This document shows, piece after piece, positions 46,021 through 56,774 of a stretch of 57,927 nt of DNA. This DNA comes from Deltaproteobacteria bacterium (GTDB lineage Bacteria; Myxococcota_A; UBA9160; SMWR01): positions 1 through 57,927 of the forward strand of contig JAQBGU010000103.1 in assembly GCA_032128375.1 (NCBI GenBank), read 5' to 3'. The first letter of the stretch is position 1, and every line of letters begins with the position of its first letter. The notes beneath the pieces are model-generated. The model made no database searches and had not been told where the DNA came from. It was given only the letters and a program-made list of their open reading frames with translations. The position numbers and the translations under genes were made by a program.

Positions 46021-47412
46021 GTGGCACAGCCCGAAATCGTCGGATCCGTCGAGTCGCCGGCCACGCATGCCGCAGAGTGGGGTGCGCGCGTGCCGCTGGG
46101 TAAGCTACTTGCGTATGCGCCGCCAGTCTTTGCACTGTCGTCGCCATTGTTCATGGTGCAGTTCTATTTTCTGAATTTCGCGACCGACGTGCTGCTACTC
46201 GCTCCGCTCGGTGTGGGAATCCTGTTTGCGGCCGGACGCGCGTGGGATGCGGTGTCGGATCCGATCGTCGGGACACTGAGTGATCGGACCCATACGCGAC
46301 TCGGTCGTCGCCGACCGTGGATGCTGGCCGGAATCCCGCTGCTGATGGTCAGCTTGATGATGATCTGGCGTCCGCCAGAAATTTCGACCGGGCCGCTATA
46401 CGCGTGGCTCGCGCTCGCGCTGTTCACATTCTATACGGCATTTACGATGTTCTCGGTTCCTCACTCGGCGCTAGGCGCCGAACTGAGCACCGATCACCAC
46501 GATCGAAACCGGATTTTCGGCATGCAGGCTGCCGCCTTCACGTTCGGAATGATGCTGGCGTTTGGCGGCATGCAGTATGTGACCAATGCGGCCGTGCCTA
46601 GGGACGCCGCCGGACAATTGGTGACCATCGCCAGCTTTGTGTTGCCGTGGATCTTGTTGATCCCACCAACGCTGCTGCGAGAGCGCGCCGAGTATCAGGG
46701 CCGCGGCGCTGCCAGTTCGCTGGGCGCGATGCGCGATGTACTGAACAACCCCCATGCGCGTCTGCTGCTCACCGCGCAGTTCATCCAACTGATGGGGTCG
46801 GGCGTGCTGGGCATCCTGGCGCCGTACCTGATGCGGTATGTACTGAAGCGGCCCGACCTGATCGGCGTGATGCCGGCGATGTTCGTACTGTGCACGATGC
46901 TCTCGATCCCGATCTGGATCCGGCTGACCCGGCGCTTCGGCAAGCGAAATTGTTGGATGGCTGGAATGGTCGGAAGCGGCTTGTCGTTTGGGATGATCCT
47001 GTTCGTCCAGGAGAACGACTTCGTGATGATGGGATTCGTGCTCGCGTCAGCCGGCTTTTTCGTCGGTTGCGGGATGATGGTCGGAAATTCGATTCTCGCC
47101 GACGTCATCGACTGGGACGAGTACGAAACCGGCGAGCGCAAGGAGGGCGCCTATTCGGCGGCCTGGGGTTTTGCGATCAAGACGGCGACAGCGATTGTGA
47201 TCGTCGTCGTCAGCGCCGCGCTGCAGTTCTCTGACTTTCGCGCGAACGAGGAACAGACGGCGGGCACGCTGCTGATGCTCAGAGTCCTCAACGGTGGCAT
47301 ACCGCTGGTGATGTTCTTGCTGGGCGCATTCTGGTTCAGGCGCTTCGAACTCAACGAAAGTGAGCATGCCGCGATCCGGGCGGAGTTGGATCGACGCGCC
47401 GCGGAGGCTTGA
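46021..47412 (+). CDS. MFS transporter, GPH (MelB-like) family
   Basis: WDAVSDPIVG.LSDRTHTRLGRRRPW, PHSALGAELS and ADVIDWDEYETGERKEG. Confidence 0.9.
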   Translation: MAQPEIVGSVESPATHAAEWGARVPLGKLLAYAPPVFALSSPLFMVQFYFLNFATDVLLLAPLGVGILFAAGRAWDAVSDPIVGTLSDRTHTRLGRRRPWMLAGIPLLMVSLMMIWRPPEISTGPLYAWLALALFTFYTAFTMFSVPHSALGAELSTDHHDRNRIFGMQAAAFTFGMMLAFGGMQYVTNAAVPRDAAGQLVTIASFVLPWILLIPPTLLRERAEYQGRGAASSLGAMRDVLNNPHARLLLTAQFIQLMGSGVLGILAPYLMRYVLKRPDLIGVMPAMFVLCTMLSIPIWIRLTRRFGKRNCWMAGMVGSGLSFGMILFVQENDFVMMGFVLASAGFFVGCGMMVGNSILADVIDWDEYETGERKEGAYSAAWGFAIKTATAIVIVVVSAALQFSDFRANEEQTAGTLLMLRVLNGGIPLVMFLLGAFWFRRFELNESEHAAIRAELDRRAAEA

Positions 47413-47475
47413 ATTCAGCTGGCTGTATTTCAGCCAGCCGACGCGCCATCTCAGTTCAGCGGACATTGGTGAGTG

Positions 47476-48678
47476 TTAGAGCACCGCTGCGAGCAGCGCC
47501 GACCACGAAATCAGCGCGTGCTGTTCCGATCTATCGAGCGTGTACCCACGCTCGATGACCTCGGCCTCGATGGCCGGCAAGTGCAGGGCACCCCAGGGTA
47601 CGATGACGCGCTGATATTCTCCGATTGCGTCGAAGAGCTGGACCAGGAGCTTTGCATTGCGATCGTCGAGCAGTTCGCTCTGCAGGTTCTGGAGCAGCTC
47701 GGGAGTCGCAAAAATGGGATCGTTCGAAAGCTCCAGCAGTGTTGTGCGCAGGTCGTTCGAGTTCCACAATTGGGTCGCACTTTGGAGAAACGCGATTGTC
47801 GTCGGCGAAAATGTCGACACGTCGACGTCGGCGTGACGGATATGCGGCCATTCCGCCGAGATCGAAGTGTCTGCGTGAGCCGCGTCCAGGTAGTCCTCGA
47901 TGTTGCGTTGAGGAGTGAGTCCGAGGCTCGCTGCAGCGCCTTCATACGAAAGACGCGTAGGCATCAGGTTCGAATCGTCGGTGACCCCTTCAGCCAGTAC
48001 CACGGTCGATTCGGTCGCGAACGAACCGAACAGTTCCGAGTAGGCGCGCTGCTCGCCGATGTGGATCATTCCGACGAGTTGAATCTCGCGATCCTGCTGG
48101 CGGAAACGACGGTCCGCGACCGAGACACCCTCGAAGTCGAAAACGATGAATCCGTGGGTCGCCTTTTGAAGGGTAGTTCCCAGGTAGAGCAACGAATACA
48201 TCCCCGCCGCTGGCGCCAATATGAATGCGCCCACCGCAAGGCAACCCAGCGTGTGACGCGCGCTGAACGCGGGCCCGTGAAGCGACTCGGGCGTGAACAG
48301 CCAGTTCCCGGCGGTTGTGCGCCGGATGGTGAATAGCGCCCAGCCAGCCGCCAAAATCTGCAGCACACACGCTGTGAGTGCGACCCCCTGTGCCGAGTCG
48401 ATCGCGATCGGGAGTGGGGCTGCGCCGAGGTTGAGCCACAAACCGAATAGCGCCAGTGGCACGAGCACTGCAGCCGGAAGTCGTGGTGTCAGTGCGATCG
48501 CCAACAGGTAGGGGATACTGGCGACAACAACCATTTCCGCGACGACGTCGCGTAACGGAATCAACGCGACACTTCCGGTCGTCCATCGGACGAGCTCTTC
48601 GATCAGCGAAAGGCCGGCGTCGACGGCGAAGGCCATCACGAACAAATTGGCAAGTAGCGGCGCGAGGGGCTGGGACAT
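47476..48678 (-). CDS. Membrane protein with a C-terminal TraB/Tiki-like domain
   Basis: About 5 TM segments, then LVGMIHIG, LAEGV, DDRNAKL and VPWGALH. Confidence 0.6.
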   Translation of the reverse strand: MSQPLAPLLANLFVMAFAVDAGLSLIEELVRWTTGSVALIPLRDVVAEMVVVASIPYLLAIALTPRLPAAVLVPLALFGLWLNLGAAPLPIAIDSAQGVALTACVLQILAAGWALFTIRRTTAGNWLFTPESLHGPAFSARHTLGCLAVGAFILAPAAGMYSLLYLGTTLQKATHGFIVFDFEGVSVADRRFRQQDREIQLVGMIHIGEQRAYSELFGSFATESTVVLAEGVTDDSNLMPTRLSYEGAAASLGLTPQRNIEDYLDAAHADTSISAEWPHIRHADVDVSTFSPTTIAFLQSATQLWNSNDLRTTLLELSNDPIFATPELLQNLQSELLDDRNAKLLVQLFDAIGEYQRVIVPWGALHLPAIEAEVIERGYTLDRSEQHALISWSALLAAVL

Positions 48679-48710
48679 GATGTCTGAGCGAATCTCAGTT
48701 GGCTGGCCCG

Positions 48711-49868
48711 CTACAGCGAGAAGACGCGGCTGAAATTCTCCGAGTAGAAACGTTCGAGGCTGGCTTCCGGATGGCCTTCGAGAGACCGCGAGAACCGACC
48801 CAGTGGATTTCGCCCACCTTCGTTGTGCGGGTAGTCGCTCGAGAACAGGTAGAGCTCGTCGTTCGATTGCTCGATCAAACGCCCGACGTCTTCATACACA
48901 AACGGCGTAAACGCGAGTTGCGCTGTGATCTGCTCGGACGGCTTGCGGACGAGCTTGGCTAGTTCGGGTTCCGATTTTCGCCAGATCTCCGACGCCCAAT
49001 CGAGCCGATCGAGCATCGATGGCACCCAGCCCGCGCCCAGCTCGATGGCGCCACCTCGCAGCTTCGGGAAGCGCTCGAGTACACCATCGAGCACCATCGC
49101 CCCGATGAAAGTTTCGGCATTGTGGTGCAGTGAGGTCATGTCCTTGCTGCGCACATTCTCGCCACCACCGAGCCAGTCGGTCGGAATGGGTCGGCCGGTG
49201 TTCATCCAATCTGGATGGATTTGTAGCGGATGGCCTCCGACGTGAAGCACGAACGGAACCTCCGCCTCGGCCAGTCGAGCCCAGATCGGATCGAGGTCGT
49301 CGTGGCCCGGCGAGCGGCCGCCGCACGGCCGATGCGGGATCCAGACCGCAGACAGGCTCTGCTCCAGCGCTTCATCGAGTAGCGCGGCCGCGAGTTCTGG
49401 TTCATCGAGCGGTAGTGCCGCGACTCCCATCAAGCGTTCGTCGTCGGCGCAAAAGTGCTGCATCGCCCGGTTGTGGGCGCGCGAGGCGTCGTAGCGGTGT
49501 TCGAGCTTCATATTCCCGTAGAAGCATGTCCCCACGGCGAACGTCGAAAAGACGAGCTGGCGCTGGAATCCGAGCTGGTCGAGCGCCTGCTTGCGTTCGT
49601 CGCGGTTGAACGCACCGAGCGCTTGGTAGCCCTTCGGTCCCGCGATGAGGTCGGCGCCGAGCGCAATCATCTCGCTGACCTTTTGGGGCGGATGCCCACC
49701 GCGCTCAGCCATGGCTTGCAGGTGATCCACGGACTTGCCGCCTCCGCCGAACGAAATCAGCGGCAGTTCGTCGCGGACACCGGGGTCGGCAAATCGGGTG
49801 AGAAAGTCCGGAAGCTCCATGATGTGGCTGTCGGCGTCGTAGAAGGTGCGTCCTGTCGCGTAGGCCAA
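48711..49868 (-). CDS. Amidohydrolase_2 family protein
   Basis: YDADSHIME, AHNR, GVLERFPKL, ELGAGW and FSSDYPH; TTG start. Confidence 0.9.
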   Translation of the reverse strand: MAYATGRTFYDADSHIMELPDFLTRFADPGVRDELPLISFGGGGKSVDHLQAMAERGGHPPQKVSEMIALGADLIAGPKGYQALGAFNRDERKQALDQLGFQRQLVFSTFAVGTCFYGNMKLEHRYDASRAHNRAMQHFCADDERLMGVAALPLDEPELAAALLDEALEQSLSAVWIPHRPCGGRSPGHDDLDPIWARLAEAEVPFVLHVGGHPLQIHPDWMNTGRPIPTDWLGGGENVRSKDMTSLHHNAETFIGAMVLDGVLERFPKLRGGAIELGAGWVPSMLDRLDWASEIWRKSEPELAKLVRKPSEQITAQLAFTPFVYEDVGRLIEQSNDELYLFSSDYPHNEGGRNPLGRFSRSLEGHPEASLERFYSENFSRVFSL

Positions 49869-50059
49869 TGTGAATTCCCCGAATGCTTGCGAGAAAGTGT
49901 ATCGCGAATCAACCAGCGCGGCTCTTTTGCCTATTGGCTTCCGGCTTCCGGCTTGCTGCACAGGTCTTTCGTGTTCGTTGTCACGGATGCTAGCTTCACG
50001 CAGCGCGCTGCAACGACCGACCGACAGCGACTGAGAATGCAGCGCAAGGAGAACTCGAG

Positions 50060-51400
50060 ATGACGACCGCCGAGATCGAGGAAGCGAAGCCCTGGCATCT
50101 ATCCGGCAATTACGCGCCGGTCATGGACGAACTCACGGAACACGATCTGGCCGTGACAGGGGCGATCCCGAAGGAACTCGACGGGCTCTACATCCGAAAC
50201 GGCTCGAACCCGAAGTCTGGCGCCGCCGCGCACTGGTTCTTTGGTGATGGGATGGTGCACGGTGTGCGAATCAGCGGCGGCCGCGCCGACTGGTATCGCA
50301 ACCGCTTCGTGCGTACGACGAAACTCGAGAGCCAAGCAGGCGCGACGGACCCGGCCACGATCATGGACCGCAAAGCCAGCGCCGCGAACACTCACGTCAT
50401 CGGCCACGCCGGTCGTATCCTCGCGCTCGAAGAGGGCCATTTCCCGTACACGCTCACCAACGAACTCGAGACGATCGGATGTGAAGACTACGGCGGCAAG
50501 CTGACCAGCGCATTTACCGCACACCCGAAGCTGTGTCCGGTGACCGGCGAACTCCACTTTTTCGGGTACGGTCCGCTACCGCCTTACCTGGTCTACAACG
50601 TGCTCGACGCACAGGGAAAGCTCTGCCACAGCAGCGAGATCGAGGTGCCCGGACCGACGATGATGCACGACTTCATCATCACAAGGGAGCACGCGATTTT
50701 CATGGACCTGCCGGTGGTCTTCGACATTCAGGCGGCGATGAAGGGTGAGATTCCCTTGCGTTGGGATGAAAGCTACGGCGCGCGTATCGGGATTCTTCCG
50801 CGTATGGGGACGAACGCCGCGGTGCGATGGTTCGAGATCGATCCCTGCTACGTCTTTCACCCGATGAACGCGCATGTCGACGGCAACAAGGTCGTGTGTG
50901 ATGTCGGTCGTCACGAGTACATGTGGCGAGATTCGATGGAGGACTTCGCGCCCGCCTACCTGCACCGCTGGACGTTCGATCTCGATGCTGGAACCGCCAG
51001 CGAAGAACAGCTCGATGATGTTTCACACGGCTTCCCGCGCGTCGATGAGCGCAAGGTCGGGCTGAAGAACCGCTATGGGTGGGCGACCGCGAGCCGTCCG
51101 GGTAACAAGGACGGCGCGGCGAGCCCCGGCGTGGTCCTCAAGTACGACCTCGAAAAGGGCGGATCGACAATGCATGACTTCGGGCCAGCGGCGCAACCCG
51201 GCGAGTTCGTGTTCGCCGAGTCCGGCCCCTCGGCAGGCGAAGACGAAGGCTGGGTGATGGGCTTCGTGTACGACATGGAGCGCGACGCAAGCGACCTGGT
51301 CATTCTCGACGCCAGTGACGTGGCCTCAAAGCCGACCGCGCGCATTCATTTGCCGCGCCGCGTCCCGCACGGTTTCCACGGGAGTTGGATCCGGAGCTGA
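50060..51400 (+). CDS. Carotenoid/lignostilbene cleavage oxygenase family
   Basis: GNYAPV, HWFFGDGMVHG, four Fe-ligand His (TAHPK, MMHDF, VFHPMN, VPHGFHG) and EDEGW. Confidence 0.93.
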   Translation: MTTAEIEEAKPWHLSGNYAPVMDELTEHDLAVTGAIPKELDGLYIRNGSNPKSGAAAHWFFGDGMVHGVRISGGRADWYRNRFVRTTKLESQAGATDPATIMDRKASAANTHVIGHAGRILALEEGHFPYTLTNELETIGCEDYGGKLTSAFTAHPKLCPVTGELHFFGYGPLPPYLVYNVLDAQGKLCHSSEIEVPGPTMMHDFIITREHAIFMDLPVVFDIQAAMKGEIPLRWDESYGARIGILPRMGTNAAVRWFEIDPCYVFHPMNAHVDGNKVVCDVGRHEYMWRDSMEDFAPAYLHRWTFDLDAGTASEEQLDDVSHGFPRVDERKVGLKNRYGWATASRPGNKDGAASPGVVLKYDLEKGGSTMHDFGPAAQPGEFVFAESGPSAGEDEGWVMGFVYDMERDASDLVILDASDVASKPTARIHLPRRVPHGFHGSWIRS

Positions 51401-51478
51401 ACCCGACGACCGCGAGGTTCCCTCTGGTGCTGACGGCCGGGTTCCAGTTGCAGCCCGATTGTCGCGGGGCGCTTCGTT

Positions 51479-52729
51479 GTGACTAGCGCGACGTCCGGGG
51501 AACTGGCTGCGCGCATCCAGCGTTTTCGCCGGGACATCTTCCGGCTGTGGCTCGGTCAGGTCGCGACGGGTCTTGGCGATCAACTCCACTCCGTCGCGTT
51601 GGTGTGGATCGCCGTCGAATCTGTGGGCGAGCGGGCAGGTTGGGTGATGGCGGCTGGGGCAATCTCGCGGCTCGCTTTCGGATTGATGGGGGGAGCGTAT
51701 GCCGACCGCTGGGATCGGCAGCGAACGCTCATTGTCTGCGATCTGTTGAGCGCGGTGGCGGTAACGACGCTACTACTGGCCACACCGGGTTCAGCCGGGA
51801 TCCTGTTCCACCTCGCTGTGGTCTCGGCCTGGCTGGGGATGCTCGATTCTTTCTTCCAACCCGCGCTGCAGGCCAGTCTGCCCGCAATCGCGCCGGACTC
51901 ATCTCGGCTGCAGGTCGCGAATGCCTGGCTCGACGTCACGCGAAGGCTCGCTATGGCGCTCGGCCCGAGTGCGACTGGGCTGCTGCTGGCTTTGATGCCG
52001 CTACAGCGGTTCTTCGCAGTCGATGCGTTCACGTTTGTGTTGTCCGCAATCCTGATTGGTTCGCTCGGTCGGCGCTACGCGTGGCGGGCCGAAGCGCGCT
52101 CGGGCAACACCGGCCGTCGCAGCTTGGCGGCCGAGATTCGCGGCGCCGCGCGGCTGGTGGCTCGAGAGCGCCGCTTGGTATGGGGCCTGGGCCAACATGT
52201 CGTCTGGAATTTCGGACTCGGCGCGGCTCTGACGCTGGGTCTGGCCATGATCGTCAAGGGTGAACTCGCCGGTGGCCCCGCGCTGCTCGGCTATGCGACC
52301 GGTGCGTACGGCGCAGGCAATGTGTTGTCGAATCTCGTTCTGGCGCGCAGCGAAATCCGCAACACCGCGCGAATGCTTCACGCTGGCGCGCTTGTTGCGG
52401 CGCTCGGCTGGGCGCTGGTCGCCTGGGTGACCGCTGTACCGGTGTGGCTCTTCGCGATCGCGCTCACGGCATTCGGTGGCCCCATGACGGACCTGATGCT
52501 GCTGCGCCTGATCCAAACGCGCTTCCCCGCGGATCAAATCGGAAAGGTCTATAGCTTCCGGTTCACCCTCTCGCGCGCTGCGGCCGGGCTCGGGCTGATG
52601 GTCGCGCCTGCGATCTACGGCGCCTACGGCCCACGTGTCGGGATTGCGCTCGGCGCGATCTCGCTTGGAATCGTCGCGCTCTTTGGGTTGGCGGGTGCAT
52701 CGCGCCGCGAGTGTGCGGCAATCAGGTGA
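51479..52729 (+). CDS. MFS transporter (DHA3/MFS_3-like)
   Basis: LWLGQVATGLGD, GAYADRWDRQR and about 12 TM segments. Confidence 0.87.
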   Translation: MTSATSGELAARIQRFRRDIFRLWLGQVATGLGDQLHSVALVWIAVESVGERAGWVMAAGAISRLAFGLMGGAYADRWDRQRTLIVCDLLSAVAVTTLLLATPGSAGILFHLAVVSAWLGMLDSFFQPALQASLPAIAPDSSRLQVANAWLDVTRRLAMALGPSATGLLLALMPLQRFFAVDAFTFVLSAILIGSLGRRYAWRAEARSGNTGRRSLAAEIRGAARLVARERRLVWGLGQHVVWNFGLGAALTLGLAMIVKGELAGGPALLGYATGAYGAGNVLSNLVLARSEIRNTARMLHAGALVAALGWALVAWVTAVPVWLFAIALTAFGGPMTDLMLLRLIQTRFPADQIGKVYSFRFTLSRAAAGLGLMVAPAIYGAYGPRVGIALGAISLGIVALFGLAGASRRECAAIR

Positions 52730-52762
52730 AGCTCGGCTTCTCAGATCGTGCCAATGCGCGAC

Positions 52763-53380
52763 TCAGTGCGTCGCGTAACCCCAATACTGGTATGCGGCGA
52801 TCTTCGGTGTACCCGGTAAATACATCGTGTCGAGTTGTTGGATCTTGAAGCCCGCGTCTTCGAGTGCTTTCGGAATGTCGCGGTTCACGTTGCAACCGCC
52901 GGCGACCTTCTTCCAGAAGGGATTGATCCGGTCCTGCCATTTTCGGATGTTCGGGTCGGGCGCGGCACCATGCTCAGAAAACAGCAACTTGCCGGTGGGC
53001 TTCAATACGCGTCGCATCTGCGCGAGCGCCGTGCGCATATCGGGAATCGTACACAGCGTATAGGTGAGCAGCACCGTGTCCGCACTGTCGTCTTCCAGCG
53101 GAATCTCTTCGCTCGGCAGACTCAGCCATTCGATCTCGAACGGCGCCTTGTCGAGACGACTCTGTGCTTGTCGGCGCATCCCGGGTGAGGGTTCGAGTCC
53201 CCACACGTGCTCGACACGCTGCGGGTCATAGAAGGGGATGTTCAGGCCCGAGCCCATGCCTATCTCGAGTACGCGACCTTCTGCGTGCGGGACCACCTTC
53301 TGTCGTTGCTTCGAGATCGGTTCCGCTCCGCACCCCATGTCGATGAGACGGGGCAAAATGTAGTTGTCATAGAATCCCAT
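52763..53380 (-). CDS. Class I SAM-dependent methyltransferase
   Basis: VLEIGMGSGLN, YTLCTIPD and RVLKPTGKLLFSEHG. Confidence 0.9.
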   Translation of the reverse strand: MGFYDNYILPRLIDMGCGAEPISKQRQKVVPHAEGRVLEIGMGSGLNIPFYDPQRVEHVWGLEPSPGMRRQAQSRLDKAPFEIEWLSLPSEEIPLEDDSADTVLLTYTLCTIPDMRTALAQMRRVLKPTGKLLFSEHGAAPDPNIRKWQDRINPFWKKVAGGCNVNRDIPKALEDAGFKIQQLDTMYLPGTPKIAAYQYWGYATH

Positions 53381-53437
53381 GGAGCCTCCTGATTTCTTCT
53401 GATCATCACATTGTCTAGAGTCAACCACCGCGGGGCT

Positions 53438-54754
53438 TCAACTGGGGCGGCGGTAGCTTCGAAAATCGAGATGTCCGTATTGCTCGCGGCCCCGCTCCAG
53501 CGAGGCGTTGAGATGATCCATCAGCGCCGTTCGCCCAGTGTGTACGTAGCGCTCGGGTTCGACTTCTTCCAAATCGCCCAATGCGACGAGATCGTGTATA
53601 TAGGCCGCCGCCTCGTCGTGGGCCATCAGCAAGCGGTAGAGGCTCGACTCGAGCTTCCAGATTGGCGCACCGTGCTCACCGCCCCAAGCCAGGTCCAGCA
53701 CACGCATGGGGGTGTCGGTGTGCTCTTCCAGGACGCCATACACCAACTGGAAACGCTCTTGGAAAATTTCCAAATCGCGCATTGCCATCCGTTTGGGGTT
53801 CTCGAAGATGGCCTCATGGCTCGGGTACGACTTGCAATCGTCGACATCGAGATTGAGCAATCGTACGCTCGAGTCCATGTACAGTTTTACGCCGCAGTGC
53901 GTTTCTGCGATTCCCGCCAGTGCAGCGATATTTGGCGGGGTCACAGTCGATGTCGTTGCGGGCAACCACATGTCGCCGGTGATCAGGTGATCGCGCGCCA
54001 CGCGCACGCACAGGTGGCCCGGAATGTGCCCTTCGAACCGCAGCACTTCGATGCGACCGCCGTGAAGCGCGACGACGCTGTCAGCGGGGTCGATTTCGAG
54101 ATCGACCCGCAAAGTGGCGTCCGACCCGGAAGCGAACGGTGAACGCATTTCTTCGGGATCGACTTCACCCCCCATCGCTGCGACGAACATGTCGCGCATG
54201 TGGAGCATCAGGGTCTCGACGCTGTCGGTGATCCCGCAGTCGCGGAAGAACTGGCCCTTGGTCACAAAGAACATCTCGCGCTGTTGGGTCTGCGCGAACA
54301 GCGCCTTTGTGTAGGGGTGCGCCAGCGTACGCACGCTGTCGCCGAGCGTCTCGACCGCGTCGCGCCCGCCGGCGTGGTCGAAATGGCAGTGCGTATACAG
54401 CACGTCGAGGGGCCGATCGTCGAGCTCCCGCCCTTCGTGTCGCGCGATTTTCTCGAGACCGCTGGGGAACAATTCCGCCCCGGTCGCGGGGAACGTCGAG
54501 TCGACCACCAACAGCTGATCGGGGTACGACACGACGTGGCACGCGACCCGCATCGAACTTGCCCCCACCGGGGCCCCCGATTCTGCAAAATCGACATCGA
54601 GGCGCTGCGTCGCGTCAGTCGAATACTGGGACAACATGCTGCGTATGGGGTTGAAGCCACCCCGTCCGGGAGACATCGGTTGGTCCATCTCCGCCACGAC
54701 CTTGTACAAAATGAGGCCATCGTCGCCCCGTGCCGCTTCTTCCCATTCGATCAA
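53438..54754 (-). CDS. MBL-fold metallo-hydrolase
   Basis: THCHFDHAGG, GHIPGH, ITGD and PSH. Confidence 0.82.
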   Translation of the reverse strand: MIEWEEAARGDDGLILYKVVAEMDQPMSPGRGGFNPIRSMLSQYSTDATQRLDVDFAESGAPVGASSMRVACHVVSYPDQLLVVDSTFPATGAELFPSGLEKIARHEGRELDDRPLDVLYTHCHFDHAGGRDAVETLGDSVRTLAHPYTKALFAQTQQREMFFVTKGQFFRDCGITDSVETLMLHMRDMFVAAMGGEVDPEEMRSPFASGSDATLRVDLEIDPADSVVALHGGRIEVLRFEGHIPGHLCVRVARDHLITGDMWLPATTSTVTPPNIAALAGIAETHCGVKLYMDSSVRLLNLDVDDCKSYPSHEAIFENPKRMAMRDLEIFQERFQLVYGVLEEHTDTPMRVLDLAWGGEHGAPIWKLESSLYRLLMAHDEAAAYIHDLVALGDLEEVEPERYVHTGRTALMDHLNASLERGREQYGHLDFRSYRRPS

Positions 54755-54964
54755 ATTGTGCTCCGCTGATGCCCTGGAGAGTGTCTGCCAAAAGCGGATA
54801 GGGCCCGCCGGTGATTCTACGAACCCTCAGGTATAGCGCGGGTGCGAAGCGAACGCGCCGGCTGGTCCCATTGCGCTTTACGAGAGACCCGCTGAGCGAT
54901 CGCCTATCGCCTCCGGGATTCTTCCCTACGATGGCTACGTCGAAACTCGGGTATCGGTGACCGC

Positions 54965-55837
54965 TCAATGGCGCGCGGGCGGCGGAACCATGAACGGCTC
55001 GGGTTCGATTTCCAGCGGGCCTCGCACCATGTACGCGTCGCCGTCGTGTCGGTAGGCCTCGGGGCGCGCGTCTACATCGAAGCGATCGGGGCTGAAGTGG
55101 AACACCACTTCAGCGACGGGGGCCGCTACTTCGCGAAGCAGCGCATCGATCGACGGAAGCTCGAGCGCGACGACATCCGATAGCAGCAATTTGCGGCCCT
55201 CGAGTTCGAAAATGGCCAGGCAATCGAGCGCCGTCGAGTAAAAGAGATTCTCGGCTCCTTGCGTAAACTTGAATACGTCGCGTTCGTCGACGACCCCGAC
55301 CCGATTCGAAACGGGCGTGCGGTCGGTCAGCAGGCGGTCGAGAAGCGCGACATCGTTCGAGGAGCCCGGGTCGATCGCGCGAAAGCCGGCCGCGCCGCCC
55401 GCGGACTGGACGGGCGCAGTGAACCGGTACTCCGGAACCACACGAAACCCGAACGGCTCGTAGTATTCGGGGTTCTCGGTACCCAATTCGACTGCAGCGT
55501 AGCGGCCCTCGCAGTAGGCGAGCAGTTCTTCCATGATTCGTCGGAAATGACCGCGCCGCCGCTCGGACGCCAGGGTAATGACTGCGTGGATACCGCCGAA
55601 CTGCAGCCGCTTACCACCCACGACATACGGCATGTCGAGCAGGCCGACGTGCGAAATGACGCGTCCGTCCCGCTCGCAAACGAACGGTGTCGAGCAGTTC
55701 CGCCAATCGGAACCGAGTTGCAGCGCGGCGGCACGGCGAACGCCAATGCCAACAAACCCCGTTTCGAGGAGTTCGAAGACCTTGTCACAGAGCAGCGGGT
55801 CGGCGGTGTAGTCGCGGCGGCACATTTGTGTCGACAT
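54965..55837 (-). CDS. GNAT N-acetyltransferase (Eis-like N-domain)
   Basis: VISHVG, GIHAVITLASERRRGHFRR and YYEPFGF. Confidence 0.85.
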   Translation of the reverse strand: MSTQMCRRDYTADPLLCDKVFELLETGFVGIGVRRAAALQLGSDWRNCSTPFVCERDGRVISHVGLLDMPYVVGGKRLQFGGIHAVITLASERRRGHFRRIMEELLAYCEGRYAAVELGTENPEYYEPFGFRVVPEYRFTAPVQSAGGAAGFRAIDPGSSNDVALLDRLLTDRTPVSNRVGVVDERDVFKFTQGAENLFYSTALDCLAIFELEGRKLLLSDVVALELPSIDALLREVAAPVAEVVFHFSPDRFDVDARPEAYRHDGDAYMVRGPLEIEPEPFMVPPPARH

Positions 55838-55974
55838 CGTGCGACGATATCCGAACGGAATACCCGACGGGCCCCTCGGGGGCGAAATTTGTTGAGCATC
55901 GATCGAACCGAAAACCGTTTCGACCTTGTCATATGCCGCAAGAATTTTGCAGCGCCGAACAGCTTTACGCTGAG

Positions 55975-56709
55975 TCAGGCCGTCCGCTCGTACGACCAGC
56001 CGCTCTTGTGCATGCGCAGGCGATGGCGCGCGCCCGCCGCGTCGGCGTCGCTTGCCGACCAGCCCGCGTCGCCGTGCCACAGTGCGGTGGGGCCGCCGTC
56101 TTCGATCGCGATGTGCGTCTCGAATCGCTCCGGAACGAGGTCGCGAACCGCGTCGAGTGTTTCGGTGACCGATTGCCACGCCGATAGTCTGTGCAGGGTC
56201 ACGAATGTGGGCGGGGCGATTTCGATCTCGCCCGCGTCGCGGCGGGCGAAGGCCTGCGCGGTGCTCATCCACATGTGCTCGTGGATTTCCCCTCCGTCGA
56301 TCACGACTTCGCCGGCGGGCGCGGGTGCAAGGAAGAACCACGTCAGGTAGCGGCGCGGTGTAATCGCGGGCGGAGTCCAGTGTGAAAGCGGCAGCAGCGC
56401 ATCGGAGGAAATCTCGAGGCCTGCTTCTTCCTGCGCTTCGCGGACCGCTGCACGGCGGGCGGCGGCAAAGTCGTCGCCCGGGTGCGCCGGGTCGGTGTCT
56501 CCGGGGTCGACTCGACCACCGGGAAACACCCACATGCCCCCGAACGCGATCTTCGAATTGCGCCGCAACATCAACACTTCGAGTGAGCCGTGCCGATCCC
56601 GGATCGGAATGACGGTCGCTGCGGGGATGGGCTCGGTTCCGGCATTGCCGCTCGTTGCCCAGCGGACGAGCTTTGCTTCGTGGAGAGTTTCCTGGGGTTC
56701 ATCGGCCAT
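55975..56709 (-). CDS. NUDIX hydrolase
   Basis: PAATV, VFPGGRVD...AAVREAQEEAGL and HWTPP. Confidence 0.88.
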   Translation of the reverse strand: MADEPQETLHEAKLVRWATSGNAGTEPIPAATVIPIRDRHGSLEVLMLRRNSKIAFGGMWVFPGGRVDPGDTDPAHPGDDFAAARRAAVREAQEEAGLEISSDALLPLSHWTPPAITPRRYLTWFFLAPAPAGEVVIDGGEIHEHMWMSTAQAFARRDAGEIEIAPPTFVTLHRLSAWQSVTETLDAVRDLVPERFETHIAIEDGGPTALWHGDAGWSASDADAAGARHRLRMHKSGWSYERTA

Positions 56710-56748
56710 GCAGTCAGGGTATCGAATCCTTTGGATCGCGGTTGCCGA

Positions 56749-56766
56749 AAGTTGTATTGACAACTT
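56749..56766. promoter_or_regulatory. Palindromic GntR/HutC-type operator candidate overlapping TTGACA boxes
   Basis: AAGTTGT-ATTG-ACAACTT perfect 7-bp arms between the divergent NUDIX and GntR genes; TTGACA at 56757 and 56765. Confidence 0.7.
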
Positions 56767-56774
56767 GACAATAT

